Assembly: GCA_009885845.1 (NCBI GenBank)
Contig: VFJW01000014.1
Coordinates: forward strand, 1,175-65,174
DNA length: 64,000 bases
DNA from: Geobacter sp.
GTDB lineage: Bacteria > Desulfobacterota > Desulfuromonadia > Geobacterales > Pseudopelobacteraceae
Direction: 5' to 3'
Below the pieces are notes generated by a model. The model did not search any database. It saw only the letters and a program-made list of their open reading frames with translations, and was not told where the DNA came from. Below are positions 8,952 to 17,723 of this stretch, piece after piece; position 1 is the stretch's first letter, and each line of letters starts with the position of its first letter. The position numbers and the translations under genes were made by a program.

Positions 8952-10484
8952 CTAGTGGCCGTGGCCCTGGTCTGCGCCACCCTTGGCGGCCGACTCAGCC
9001 TGTTTGACATAATAGGCTCCACGGGTCGTTACCCGTTCGTCCCCCGTGAGACCACTGGTGATCTGAACAAAACCGCCATCCTCGACGCCGATCTTTACCT
9101 CCCGCCGGTCAAAGGCCTCTCCCGATGACTGGATGAAGACGAACCAGCGTCCCTCATCTTCAATCAGCGCGTCCCTGGGTACAGTCAATGCCCCGGCAAC
9201 AGAGCCGGTCCGGATGGCGACATTGGCGAACAGTCCGACCTTGAGACGACCGGATTGATTCGGCACCTCAAACAGAACCGGAATGGTTCTGCTTTGGGGG
9301 TCAAGCATGTCGCTGACCGACACCAGGCGCGACGGCTTGAATACGTCAGTCAGACCGGCAACGGTGAATGTTGCGTTGAGTGACTTGCCGGCAGTGCCGA
9401 TCTCGTTGGCGGGTAAATTGGCCTTGAGCCAGAGGGTGCCGGTATTGACAATCCTCAGGATCGGCTGTCCCGCTTCCACGCCCTTACCGGCGCCGGCAGA
9501 AACTTCCACGACCGTGCCGCTTATCGGTGCTCGCACCGCAATCCGGCCGCCACCTTCTCCTTTGACACTCTCCATCGACTTTTCCAGCGGTTCAAGCGCG
9601 GCCCGCGCACTGGAAAGAGATAGTTCCGCTTCCTCGACGCGTTTCAATGGTGCGATTTTGGCGTCATGGAGCCGTTTTGCCCGGTCGTACTCCTTCTGCG
9701 CCAGGGCAACGCGGTTTTTTGCTTCGGCATAGGCAGCTCCTAACTGGCCGATCCCTCCAACCGGGCTGGTCGGCGGATCGATCATGGCTACGATTTCGCC
9801 TTTCGCTACCTTCTTGCCGATAAACGGCAGTTGCCTGGTCGTCGAAATAATACCGGAAAGCGGCGCTGCAACAGTCGCCTCTGCGTTTGATACTGGCACC
9901 AGCTCTCCCGTAGCGGTAACGAAGCTGCCCAGGTCTTTCTTGACCGGTAGAGCAACCATGAAGTCAACGACCCACTGCTGTTCCTTCAGATACGCGATTG
10001 CGCCGCCTCCGCCGGAATGTCCCCCGACCGGTTTCTCACCCTTGTTCAGAACCTGTACTTCTGAAACGGTAATTTCGTCGGCAAAACCTTTACCGTCGGT
10101 GATCAGTTTCAGCGAATATTTCCCCGGCTTGCCAAAGGCAGCCTCGATCTTGTAGATTCCAGACCGGGTTGGTGCAGGCAGGCTGAATGTTTCAGGCTCA
10201 CCGGCGGTAGGAGTGAAGACCATTTTCAGGCCGCCCTCAGTGACCGGCTTGAAATCACTCAATCTGGTCAGATGGATCAGAAAACCGGTCTTTTCTCCGA
10301 CTACCGGCTGTTCATATTCCATAAACAGTTCACTCTTGGCGGAATAGGCGGTAACTTTGACCGGTTCGGCCTTGTCTCCGGCAGCGGCGGCAGGAGCCTG
10401 TTTCTTTTCCGTGCAGCCGGACAGCGTAAAAAGCAGCGCCAGCACTATTCCCATCTGTTTCATGGCAGTTGTAAAGGTGTTCAT
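8952..10484 (-). CDS. Efflux RND periplasmic adaptor (CusB/CzcB-like) with extra N-terminal domain
   Basis: Lipobox LSGC. The C-terminal ~330 aa is the HlyD/MFP barrel-sandwich with coiled-coil hairpin. Residues ~40-165 form an additional beta-rich module. GGAGG is present upstream. Confidence 0.9.
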   Translation of the reverse strand: MNTFTTAMKQMGIVLALLFTLSGCTEKKQAPAAAAGDKAEPVKVTAYSAKSELFMEYEQPVVGEKTGFLIHLTRLSDFKPVTEGGLKMVFTPTAGEPETFSLPAPTRSGIYKIEAAFGKPGKYSLKLITDGKGFADEITVSEVQVLNKGEKPVGGHSGGGGAIAYLKEQQWVVDFMVALPVKKDLGSFVTATGELVPVSNAEATVAAPLSGIISTTRQLPFIGKKVAKGEIVAMIDPPTSPVGGIGQLGAAYAEAKNRVALAQKEYDRAKRLHDAKIAPLKRVEEAELSLSSARAALEPLEKSMESVKGEGGGRIAVRAPISGTVVEVSAGAGKGVEAGQPILRIVNTGTLWLKANLPANEIGTAGKSLNATFTVAGLTDVFKPSRLVSVSDMLDPQSRTIPVLFEVPNQSGRLKVGLFANVAIRTGSVAGALTVPRDALIEDEGRWFVFIQSSGEAFDRREVKIGVEDGGFVQITSGLTGDERVTTRGAYYVKQAESAAKGGADQGHGH

Positions 10485-10724
10485 TTATTTCCTCCGTCAT
10501 TATTCTTCAGTTCGATTCCCACGGCAGCATCCAGTTTTGCGGCCGCTCTGTTTCGGTTGTAAAGCACAGTGAGATAACCGTCATCCACCATGCTCCCCCG
10601 AACAATAGATAAGGAAATACGCATGCAGAGATGCCGCTGCAATCCTGGATACCAATCAGGCCCACTGACAAAATCATAGGTGTTGAGTAACGATAGAGCA
10701 GGAAGCTGGACGCACGAGTGGCGT

Positions 10725-11102
10725 TCAGCTTTTCAGAAAAGGCTTTTGAGGGGGAATAAATTTGTCCAGATAGACTTCGGGGATGAATTGAAACGGTTCT
10801 ACGTTGACGCGAAGGAATCCCATTGCTACAGGATGGCGGTAAACGGCTTGAGCAGACAATGAAATATTGGTGTGGTGGTCGCAACTGAAATGGTCATGGT
10901 TAGTACTGGGATGGTTGTCAGTGGGGCACGCGGGGCAATGCCCGGAGCTTTCAACATGCAAAAAAGCGATTGTAATTTTGTGCGGAGTACTAAAGCCTGC
11001 CTCTTCAATTTCGTGGGCAACAGAAAAGACGGTACCGATGGAAAGACCGGTCATTACCGCTACAATGGCCAATGCAATTATTTTTTTGAATCTTTGGTTC
11101 AA
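10725..11102 (-). CDS. Small secreted Cys/His-rich protein, exporter-operon leader gene (family copy 1)
   Basis: TTG start with GGAG 6 nt upstream. Signal/anchor, then HCPACPTDNHPSTNHDHFSCDHH, then the C-terminal tail FIPEVYLDKFIPPQK shared with 24653..25018. Confidence 0.7.
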   Translation of the reverse strand: MNQRFKKIIALAIVAVMTGLSIGTVFSVAHEIEEAGFSTPHKITIAFLHVESSGHCPACPTDNHPSTNHDHFSCDHHTNISLSAQAVYRHPVAMGFLRVNVEPFQFIPEVYLDKFIPPQKPFLKS

Positions 11103-11146
11103 ACCCGCTCCAAAGCATCTTTTGTGTAATGCGTCATCAGCCGCGC

Positions 11147-11175
11147 ATAATGATTTTTATCGAAACATGTGTCAA
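11147..11175 (-). promoter_or_regulatory. Sigma70-type promoter for the small-protein/MFP/RND-1 operon
   Basis: Minus strand reads TTGACA-17 nt-CATTAT, about 45 nt upstream of the TTG start at 11102. Confidence 0.45.
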
Positions 11176-11232
11176 GATTTTAAATTATATCGAGTAGACA
11201 TCCAAAAGGCGAAACAGCTGAATACATTTTCT

Positions 11233-12297
11233 TCAATGGAGGTGCCGATGATGGGTGTCAGGCCAGTGAACATGTGTATGGGTTTGTTGCTCATGCACAT
11301 GGATATGGTCGTGAGGCTCCGAATCATTCCCTTCGCCATGTTGATGACGATGATGCTCATCTTGATCATGCGTGTGTTGGTGTCGATGTGTGACAGATTC
11401 ATGCACATGGGGATGCTCGTGCCGTTCCCGGTAAAGACATAAAACACCCGCTATCATCAGAGTTGCAGCGAACCAGAATAATGCGGGTGGTTGCTCACGA
11501 AGAAGAATCAGTGAGGACAAAACACCGATGAACGGACCAACAGCAAAATAGGTACTGCTGCGGGCTGAACCGATCTTGCGCAGCGCTCCTATGAACAGTA
11601 CAAGGCTGGCACCATAGCTGAACGCGCCGATCAGAAGGGCACCGCCAACCTGTTGAATGTCAATCGTTCCAAAACCGATAACGGCGGCAAGAAAAACATT
11701 GAACAGACCGGCACCGTATCCCTTGATAGCGGCCAAAACCGGTGCCGGCAGTCCGTCCACGTCGCGGGTAAGATTGTTGTCGATGCCCCAGAATATGCAG
11801 GCCAACAACACCAGAATTCCCGAGGTTGAGAATGCCACACTCTCTGGAGCCTTTAAGATTATAAACGCTGAAGCCAGTACAATAAGTACCTTCCCGACCC
11901 AGACATACCGGCTTACCTGCTCTTTGAAAATCAGCCAGGCGATGAACGTGGTGGCGACGGTTTCCAGATTCAGCAGCAGGGCGACTTCCGAGGCTCTGCC
12001 GTATTTTATACCATAAACAAGACATAAGGGGGCAATGATGCCACCTGCCAGCACAGCACCCAGGAGCTTGAGTTGGTGAATGCCGGAGATGCTTTGTATT
12101 TCCCGGATAATATTTATGCGTTGCCGTACCAGGATGAAAGAGAGCCCGATGCCGGAGCCAAGGTACAGCAGACCAGCCAGTAGTATGGGTGACATTTCGC
12201 CTATCACCAGCTTGCATAACACCGGTGATATACCGAAAAGCACTGCAGAGAGAGTAGCGAGCAAAGGACCTTGTATCAAGTCTGTCTTAATCGCCAT
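11233..12297 (-). CDS. EamA/DMT family transporter with ~65-aa His-rich C-terminal tail
   Basis: Ten predicted TM segments in two EamA halves. ATG at 12297 (MAIKTDLIQGPLL). The tail reads HEHPHVHESVTHRHQHTHDQDEHHRHQHGEGNDSEPHDHIHVHEQQTHTHVHWPDTHHRHLH. Confidence 0.85.
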   Translation of the reverse strand: MAIKTDLIQGPLLATLSAVLFGISPVLCKLVIGEMSPILLAGLLYLGSGIGLSFILVRQRINIIREIQSISGIHQLKLLGAVLAGGIIAPLCLVYGIKYGRASEVALLLNLETVATTFIAWLIFKEQVSRYVWVGKVLIVLASAFIILKAPESVAFSTSGILVLLACIFWGIDNNLTRDVDGLPAPVLAAIKGYGAGLFNVFLAAVIGFGTIDIQQVGGALLIGAFSYGASLVLFIGALRKIGSARSSTYFAVGPFIGVLSSLILLREQPPALFWFAATLMIAGVLCLYRERHEHPHVHESVTHRHQHTHDQDEHHRHQHGEGNDSEPHDHIHVHEQQTHTHVHWPDTHHRHLH

Positions 12298-12566
12298 AAT
12301 TTGCCTTTTATCGCTTTCACATGCGTTGCCGTTATCAACCTCTGGGCCAATACATAATAACCAAAACACCTGCCAGGCAAATCGTGCCGCCAATTATATC
12401 GATTTTGTCCATGCTGCTGAAGCACTGACCACTGAAAGAAACAGATATGCCAGTAATGATGCGGACCTTATTTTTATTCAGCTTGAGATCATCTCAGCCC
12501 CTTGATATGGCACATGAGCCTTTTCACGTCATGCTCAGGACTCCAAAAACGGTATTCGTCACATTT

Positions 12567-13238
12567 TCAATGGGCAACCAGTCCGTCCCTGACCCGAATA
12601 ATTCGTTCGGCCCGCTTGGCAACTTCGTCACTGTGAGTGACGATCACCACTGTTTTGCCCTGGCGGTGCAGCTCCTGCAGCAAATCCAGCACTTCGGCTT
12701 CAGCCACTGAATCCAGGTTACCGGTCGGCTCGTCCATCAGCAGAATATCGGGATCATTGGCCAGTGCCCGGGCAATTGCCACCCGCTGCTGCTGCCCACC
12801 GGAGAGCTGGCTCGGTTTCGAGCCGGCTTTCTCTGTCAACCCTACCACTGCCAGCAATTCTTCCGCCCGAACCCGCTGCTTATGTTCAGGAATTCCCGCC
12901 AGCATCATGGCAATTTCGATATTCTCGATTGCGGTTAATCCCTGCAGAAGGTTGAAAAATTGAAAAACGAAGCCCACCCGTTTACCCCGTAAAACGGCCA
13001 GGTCATTGTTGGGAATCCGGCTTATCTCGATGTCACCTATATAAACCTTGCCTTCACTTGGTCGGTCAAGTCCGCCGATCAGGTGCATGAGTGTGCTTTT
13101 GCCATGGCCGGACGGGCCGACGATGCAGGTGAATGACCCTTGCGGAATTTCCATGGAAACGTCTTTAAGGGCGGTTGTAGTTATTTCGCCAATGGTATAG
13201 GACTTGGCGGCATGTTCAGTTCGGATGATGTTATTCAT
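12567..13238 (-). CDS. ABC transporter ATP-binding protein (MacB/LolD-like)
   Basis: Walker [10 protein letters not shown], signature LSGGQQQR, Walker B ILLMDEPT. Overlaps the permease gene by 8 nt. Confidence 0.95.
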   Translation of the reverse strand: MNNIIRTEHAAKSYTIGEITTTALKDVSMEIPQGSFTCIVGPSGHGKSTLMHLIGGLDRPSEGKVYIGDIEISRIPNNDLAVLRGKRVGFVFQFFNLLQGLTAIENIEIAMMLAGIPEHKQRVRAEELLAVVGLTEKAGSKPSQLSGGQQQRVAIARALANDPDILLMDEPTGNLDSVAEAEVLDLLQELHRQGKTVVIVTHSDEVAKRAERIIRVRDGLVAH

Positions 13239-14394
13239 AGCTGATTGCCTCCACCGGTGTCAGACGCGCCGCTCGCCATGCCGGGTAGATTCCGGCCAAA
13301 ATGGCTATGACTGTTGAAAACAGAATTGATGCGGCTATGATCTTGGGATCAAGCAGCGACCCGTTGCCAGAACCTTTGACCAATGTGGTGAAAGCGTTCT
13401 GGGTTATGTACGGCGCCGCCGCTGAAGCAGCAAGCAAACCGGTAATTACGCCGCTTACCCCGCCGATAACCCCGTAGATACCCGATTCCAGTATGAAAAG
13501 CCCAAATATCATACGCTGGCTCGCGCCAAGCGCCTGAAGAATCCCGATTTCACGTTTCCGTTCATAGGCGGCTGCCATCATTGTGTTGACAATGCCAAAA
13601 GCCGCCGCCAGTACCGCTACTGCTGCGATCAGCTGCAGGGTAATGTTGACCGTACCGACGATGCCCAGCACCGACTTGAGCATCTGCTTGTCGGAGACTA
13701 CCCCCAAACCGGTAGCAACCCGGATCTGTTCGATATAGCCCTCTGTTTGGTCAAGTTTTTCGGTTCGGATTGCCGCATAAGAGACCTTGTCCGATGATTT
13801 GAACAGACGCTGAGCGACCGGCAGAGCGAGGAACAGAGTGGCGTCATCCCTTCCGCCGGTTTCTTCGAGGATACCGAGAACCTTGAGTTTTTCGCCACGA
13901 ACGGTAATTGCCTCTCCCGGTTTGAGATTAAACTGCCGCGCGGCTACGGCACCGAGAACCGCACCAGATTCCTCCGCTGAGCTGAAGTAAGCTCCCTGGC
14001 TGACATTCCAGCGTTTGAATGCCAGTGTTGCTGCCGGTTCGACCCCGCTGACCGTAACTGGTTTATTGTTGATGGCGGTCTGTTGAGCCAGAAAGGGAAC
14101 CACGGTCAACCCTTTGATGGCGCGGATACTCGCTATTTCCTCAGCGGAAATGTTAGTCGGCATCTGGTCGCCAGTCAGTATAGAGAGCTGTTCGTAGCCG
14201 CACGACCCTTTCGGAATTACCAGCAGGTTGGCACCAAGTGCAGCCGTTTCACGATGAATTTCGCGCTTGAGATTGCCCCCCATTGCCATGAAGGTGACAA
14301 AAGAAGCTATGCCGATGGTTATACCGAGCAGCGTGAAGACAAGCCGTCCCTTGCGCCGGGATATATTCTTGAAGACCAGTTTGACCGGTGTCAT
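13231..14394 (-). CDS. ABC transporter permease, FtsX/MacB type with periplasmic core domain
   Basis: 387 aa with TM1, a large periplasmic domain, then three C-terminal TM segments (FtsX). Its start codon abuts the TAA of the upstream gene. Confidence 0.9.
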   Translation of the reverse strand: MTPVKLVFKNISRRKGRLVFTLLGITIGIASFVTFMAMGGNLKREIHRETAALGANLLVIPKGSCGYEQLSILTGDQMPTNISAEEIASIRAIKGLTVVPFLAQQTAINNKPVTVSGVEPAATLAFKRWNVSQGAYFSSAEESGAVLGAVAARQFNLKPGEAITVRGEKLKVLGILEETGGRDDATLFLALPVAQRLFKSSDKVSYAAIRTEKLDQTEGYIEQIRVATGLGVVSDKQMLKSVLGIVGTVNITLQLIAAVAVLAAAFGIVNTMMAAAYERKREIGILQALGASQRMIFGLFILESGIYGVIGGVSGVITGLLAASAAAPYITQNAFTTLVKGSGNGSLLDPKIIAASILFSTVIAILAGIYPAWRAARLTPVEAISYE

Positions 14395-14781
14395 TTAGCC
14401 CCCGATCTTGTGGTTTCGCACTACTTTGACACTTGATGCAGAAAACAGGAAACCATCATTTGTCTTAAGGAAACTACCGGTGACCAGAACCTCATCACCC
14501 TGTTTCGGGATAGTTCCCTGACTCTTGACCGGGAGATAAATTTTATTGCAGTTTGGCGTAGTGCATTTCAGTTCCTTAAGATCGAAGATGCCGAATACGC
14601 TTGGATCCTGCGGAGATGTCCCGGCCATAATGCCGGTAACCGTTATCGTGCCGCTGTAGGCGGAAGGATCGGAGGCGAGTTGATTAACCTGAAGGGCGTT
14701 GGCATCTCCCCTGAAGAAAAGTGCATACGACAGCGTGATTCCGACGAGCAGGGCGACGACAAAAAAGATATTTTTTTTCAT
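14395..14781 (-). CDS. Small secreted/anchored protein, beta-rich OB-like, unknown function
   Basis: AGGAG upstream, N-terminal hydrophobic segment and a CTTPNC motif. Directly abuts the FtsX permease gene. Confidence 0.7.
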   Translation of the reverse strand: MKKNIFFVVALLVGITLSYALFFRGDANALQVNQLASDPSAYSGTITVTGIMAGTSPQDPSVFGIFDLKELKCTTPNCNKIYLPVKSQGTIPKQGDEVLVTGSFLKTNDGFLFSASSVKVVRNHKIGG

Positions 14782-14890
14782 TGAATCTCCTGTGAGTTAT
14801 GCATGAAGTAGCCGTTGTCACGCAGAGATGCACGACAGGGCACATATCATGTCGAGAGTATATTTAGTTTGATGCTGCTGAATGTTTACG

Positions 14891-15223
14891 TCAGGACAAT
14901 TCGGGGGGATAGTCTATTGTCTTGAAATATTCAAGAGGAGGTGTCTTAACAAGCGAGTTGAATGATGAAGTTGCGTAGCTGTCATTATACGCCGACTGGT
15001 ATGAACAGCGAGGCATTACAAAGGAAAGGCAGGAAAGACATTGGCAATCCGGTTCCGAACAGGGGGCATCAGGCGGCTCATTCGATTTGTCCGTATCAGC
15101 TTCGCAACAGGCGGGTGCAGCTTCTCCCTGTAGTAGTGACGAAACTGTCGCGCCGGCACCGCTTGTTAGCACAAGCGAAATAACGAGAAGGAAAAGTGCC
15201 GAAATAAAACGAAATTGAATCAT
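14891..15223 (-). CDS. Small secreted Cys-rich protein (divergent family copy 3)
   Basis: ATG at 15223 gives the signal peptide MIQFRFISALFLLVISLVLTSGAGA. Cys cluster ACCEAD...CSEPDCQCLSCL...RC and C-terminal PPLEYFKTIDYPPELS. The track ORF extends to a TTG at 15259 that overlaps the kinase stop. Confidence 0.6.
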   Translation of the reverse strand: MIQFRFISALFLLVISLVLTSGAGATVSSLLQGEAAPACCEADTDKSNEPPDAPCSEPDCQCLSCLSFVMPRCSYQSAYNDSYATSSFNSLVKTPPLEYFKTIDYPPELS

Positions 15224-15255
15224 GGTGTCATCATACCCAAACAGATTCTTCCATG

Positions 15256-16686
15256 TCAAGATTCTTCACCAGTGCCATCGGAAAGAGGTTTTGCAACGGG
15301 CAATTGAATAAGGAAGACCGTGCCCTGACTGGAGCTTGAGTTAATGCTGATGGTGCCACCATGCTCTTCAATAATCTGCTTTACCACATACATGCCAAGG
15401 CCCGTTCCTTTGCCAGGCTCCTTGGTTGTGAAAAACGGTTCAAATATTTTCTCTTGATTCTCTCGGGGGATACCGTGACCGGTGTCGGCAATTTCGATAC
15501 TAACAGAGCCGGGACTTTGAGAGCATTTGCTTCTTATGGAGAGTGTCCCGCCTTTTTCCATGGCGTGGGAGGCATTGATCACCAGGTTGGTGATCACCTG
15601 TTCCAACATGCCGTGATCCCCATGGACGTACACAAAATCAGGAGATAGATCAAGTTTTACATCAAACTTTTTAAGCATGCCGCTTTCAGTCAGGAGACCA
15701 GTTACGCGCTTGAGCAGGTCGTTAATGTCAAGCGGCACAAAAACGGGCTTGGGCGGATGGCCGATGGTCAACAGATTTTTGCCGAACGACATGAGACGTT
15801 GGATTAGCGGGGGCATGCTCCTGGCAAACCTCTGCAGCAGCTCCATTGACGGGCTTGGCACCTGTGCCATTTCCGAAAAAAACAACATGCTGGTAAGGGT
15901 ATTGTTCAGCTCGTGACCGATGCTTGCGGCAATGGTGGCCACCATCTGCTGCCGCTCTGCTTCTATCAGGCGTTTCTGGAATGCGATTTTTTCTATATGC
16001 TGCCGTTCAATACGGAGCGTGGCCTGCCTGAATACCCCGAACAGGAGCAGATATAACAGTAAAAAACCGGTTGACGTAGCAAGCCAGATCAGGCGTTTCT
16101 GACGGTAGACATCTTCAAGCAGCGCGTCCAATCTCTGGTACACCTCGACAACAGTAACAATCTCTCCACCGGCAACCGGCCTGATCGGAACATACAACTC
16201 CAGCAGTTCTCCATGATGCTTTTCGGATGCATGCTCTTTCTTTTTCAGACCGCTTAGTTTAGACGTGATCTTCCCTTTGAGAGCGTCTTCGAGTTCGTCA
16301 TTGTCTCTGAATACCTGTCCTACCAGTTTCTGGTCATCAGACCATACAATCTGGCGCTTGCTGTTCCAAAATTTGGCTCTCACAACTTGGGGACCAAGTA
16401 CAATTCTGTCGATTTTGCTCGAAAAAGCTGCGTAGTCGGCTCCTGAACGGGGGATGCTCAGCTCCATCAGCGAAAATTCAGTACTGACAACCTTGGAGAT
16501 ATACTCGGCCGATAACTGGCGACTGCGCTCCAACATGTTCTGTTCAATGAAGCGGGTAACAAGCACACCGAAAAACAGACCAAAAAATACAAGTGCGCAC
16601 AAGGTTATGAGCGAAAACCGCTGAAGTGGGGAAAAGGCTGATGGTTTCAATGAATGGATCATGATTACTGCTCTTATATCATACAT
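15256..16686 (-). CDS. Sensor histidine kinase (two TM segments, periplasmic loop); no cognate response regulator in the window
   Basis: H-box [13 protein letters not shown]-box [11 protein letters not shown]-boxes DTGHGIP and [10 protein letters not shown]. An alternative ATG lies at 16662. Confidence 0.9.
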   Translation of the reverse strand: MYDIRAVIMIHSLKPSAFSPLQRFSLITLCALVFFGLFFGVLVTRFIEQNMLERSRQLSAEYISKVVSTEFSLMELSIPRSGADYAAFSSKIDRIVLGPQVVRAKFWNSKRQIVWSDDQKLVGQVFRDNDELEDALKGKITSKLSGLKKKEHASEKHHGELLELYVPIRPVAGGEIVTVVEVYQRLDALLEDVYRQKRLIWLATSTGFLLLYLLLFGVFRQATLRIERQHIEKIAFQKRLIEAERQQMVATIAASIGHELNNTLTSMLFFSEMAQVPSPSMELLQRFARSMPPLIQRLMSFGKNLLTIGHPPKPVFVPLDINDLLKRVTGLLTESGMLKKFDVKLDLSPDFVYVHGDHGMLEQVITNLVINASHAMEKGGTLSIRSKCSQSPGSVSIEIADTGHGIPRENQEKIFEPFFTTKEPGKGTGLGMYVVKQIIEEHGGTISINSSSSQGTVFLIQLPVAKPLSDGTGEES

Positions 16687-16869
16687 TAATGAGAGAGTAT
16701 CGCTGATTTTCTCAGTTGCCTCTTTAAATTGTAGTCGTGCAATTCAATCAGTATGGTTGCTGATTGTGATCCAATTTATGCAACAATTACAGTTAAATAT
16801 GGGCATTTTTTCTTATTGGAAATATTCTTCAAACAAAAATACTTGACTCCAGTTATTTTTTACACTATT

Positions 16870-16888
16870 GATAATAAAAATCAATATC
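16870..16888. promoter_or_regulatory. Fur-box-like site GATAATAAAAATCAATATC
   Basis: Matches 16 of 19 positions of the classical Fur consensus GATAATGATAATCATTATC. It contains the dyad ATTGAT-N7-ATCAAT and lies in the AT-rich divergent region between the kinase gene and the cytochrome c gene. Confidence 0.5.
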
Positions 16889-17226
16889 ATGCCAAGCGGG
16901 TATTTATGTCGTCAATACATCAAACAGCATTGAAGACCAAACAGTCCCTTAAACCCTATTCCCAACAAATCATTGAGGGTTACAGCAATCCTTTTGATTG
17001 CCTGACGGCATACCTGATGCTGGAATGTTCCGAGGTCCTGGCAACAGGCAAGCGTAAATCACTCGAACTGCATAGTTCAGATCATCCTTTTTTTGCCCTC
17101 ATACTGAAAACGACTATCAATATCTTAGACACACCGGTGTATGCGCATAATGCCGGGAGACCCCAAGAAACTCTGCAATCAGACCATGCACAATCCTCAA
17201 GTACAACCCAAAAAGGAGATTCAACC

Positions 17227-17673
17227 ATGAAACACGTTCTTGCAGCAGCAATCCTCACCGTAGCGTTAGCAACACTGGTTCAGGCAAATGAAATCAGCTG
17301 GAGCAATACCATCCGTCACGTCTTTGAAAAACATTGCATCGCCTGCCATGGCAGTGAAGCACCAGAATACGCAGCTTTCAACAAGGATAAGGATGCCTGG
17401 CTTAAGAAGGGGAGCGGCATGAGGATGGAAACCTACAGCCATCTTGTCTCTTTTGTTGGATGGCCCAGCACCGGGGCGCTTATGAGAAGGTTGGATGACG
17501 GAAAGGGCTCAAAGGATGGAAAATCCGGCAACATGTACCAGCATCTCGGAGCATCTGAGGAGGAACGTCAGAAGAATCTGGCACTTTTCAAATCCTGGGG
17601 CGGGAACTGGTCCCTGAAACGCCTCCCGGAAACCAGTATGGAAGATTTAAGCGGCGTCAAGGTTAAGTATTGA
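17227..17673 (+). CDS. Secreted mono-haem c-type cytochrome (PSCyt1-like)
   Basis: AAAGGAG precedes the ATG at 17227. Signal peptide MKHVLAAAILTVALATLVQA and a single CXXCH (CIACHG). The track ORF is open from 16753, but I see no support for the long N-terminal extension. Confidence 0.75.
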   Translation: MKHVLAAAILTVALATLVQANEISWSNTIRHVFEKHCIACHGSEAPEYAAFNKDKDAWLKKGSGMRMETYSHLVSFVGWPSTGALMRRLDDGKGSKDGKSGNMYQHLGASEEERQKNLALFKSWGGNWSLKRLPETSMEDLSGVKVKY

Positions 17674-17723
17674 TTCAATTTTATAATATTAATTATATTT
17701 CATACACAGGAGGGGGGGGTAAC

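Noticed and set aside
10507-10674. Possible 56-aa membrane peptide in the 240-bp gap between the Cys/His leader gene and the adaptor gene.
   Set aside because: It has no SD and no counterpart in the paralogous operon, and it forms part of an ORF that overlaps the leader gene out of frame. I cannot support it from sequence alone.
10867-11447. ORFs 10867..11442 (+) and 11172..11447 (-), which are rich in Met/His.
   Set aside because: They are artefacts of the CAT/ATG-rich DNA that encodes the His-rich tail of the EamA transporter and the Cys/His leader protein on the opposite strand or frame.
12377-12389. Sigma54-like GGCACG...TTGC element on the minus strand upstream of the EamA gene.
   Set aside because: The GG-to-GC spacing is 8 nt rather than the required 10 nt.
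12298-12566. Possible metal (NiCo/czcD-type) riboswitch in the 269-bp leader of the His-tailed EamA gene.
   Set aside because: I could not recognise the conserved junction nucleotides or a four-way fold by eye. It would need a covariance-model scan (Rfam/Infernal) to assert or exclude.
16753-17226. Long in-frame N-terminal extension of the cytochrome c ORF.
   Set aside because: A good SD and signal peptide occur at 17227, and the upstream part has no recognisable domain and starts in AT-rich promoter-like DNA. It is kept only as an alternative in the Fur-box finding.
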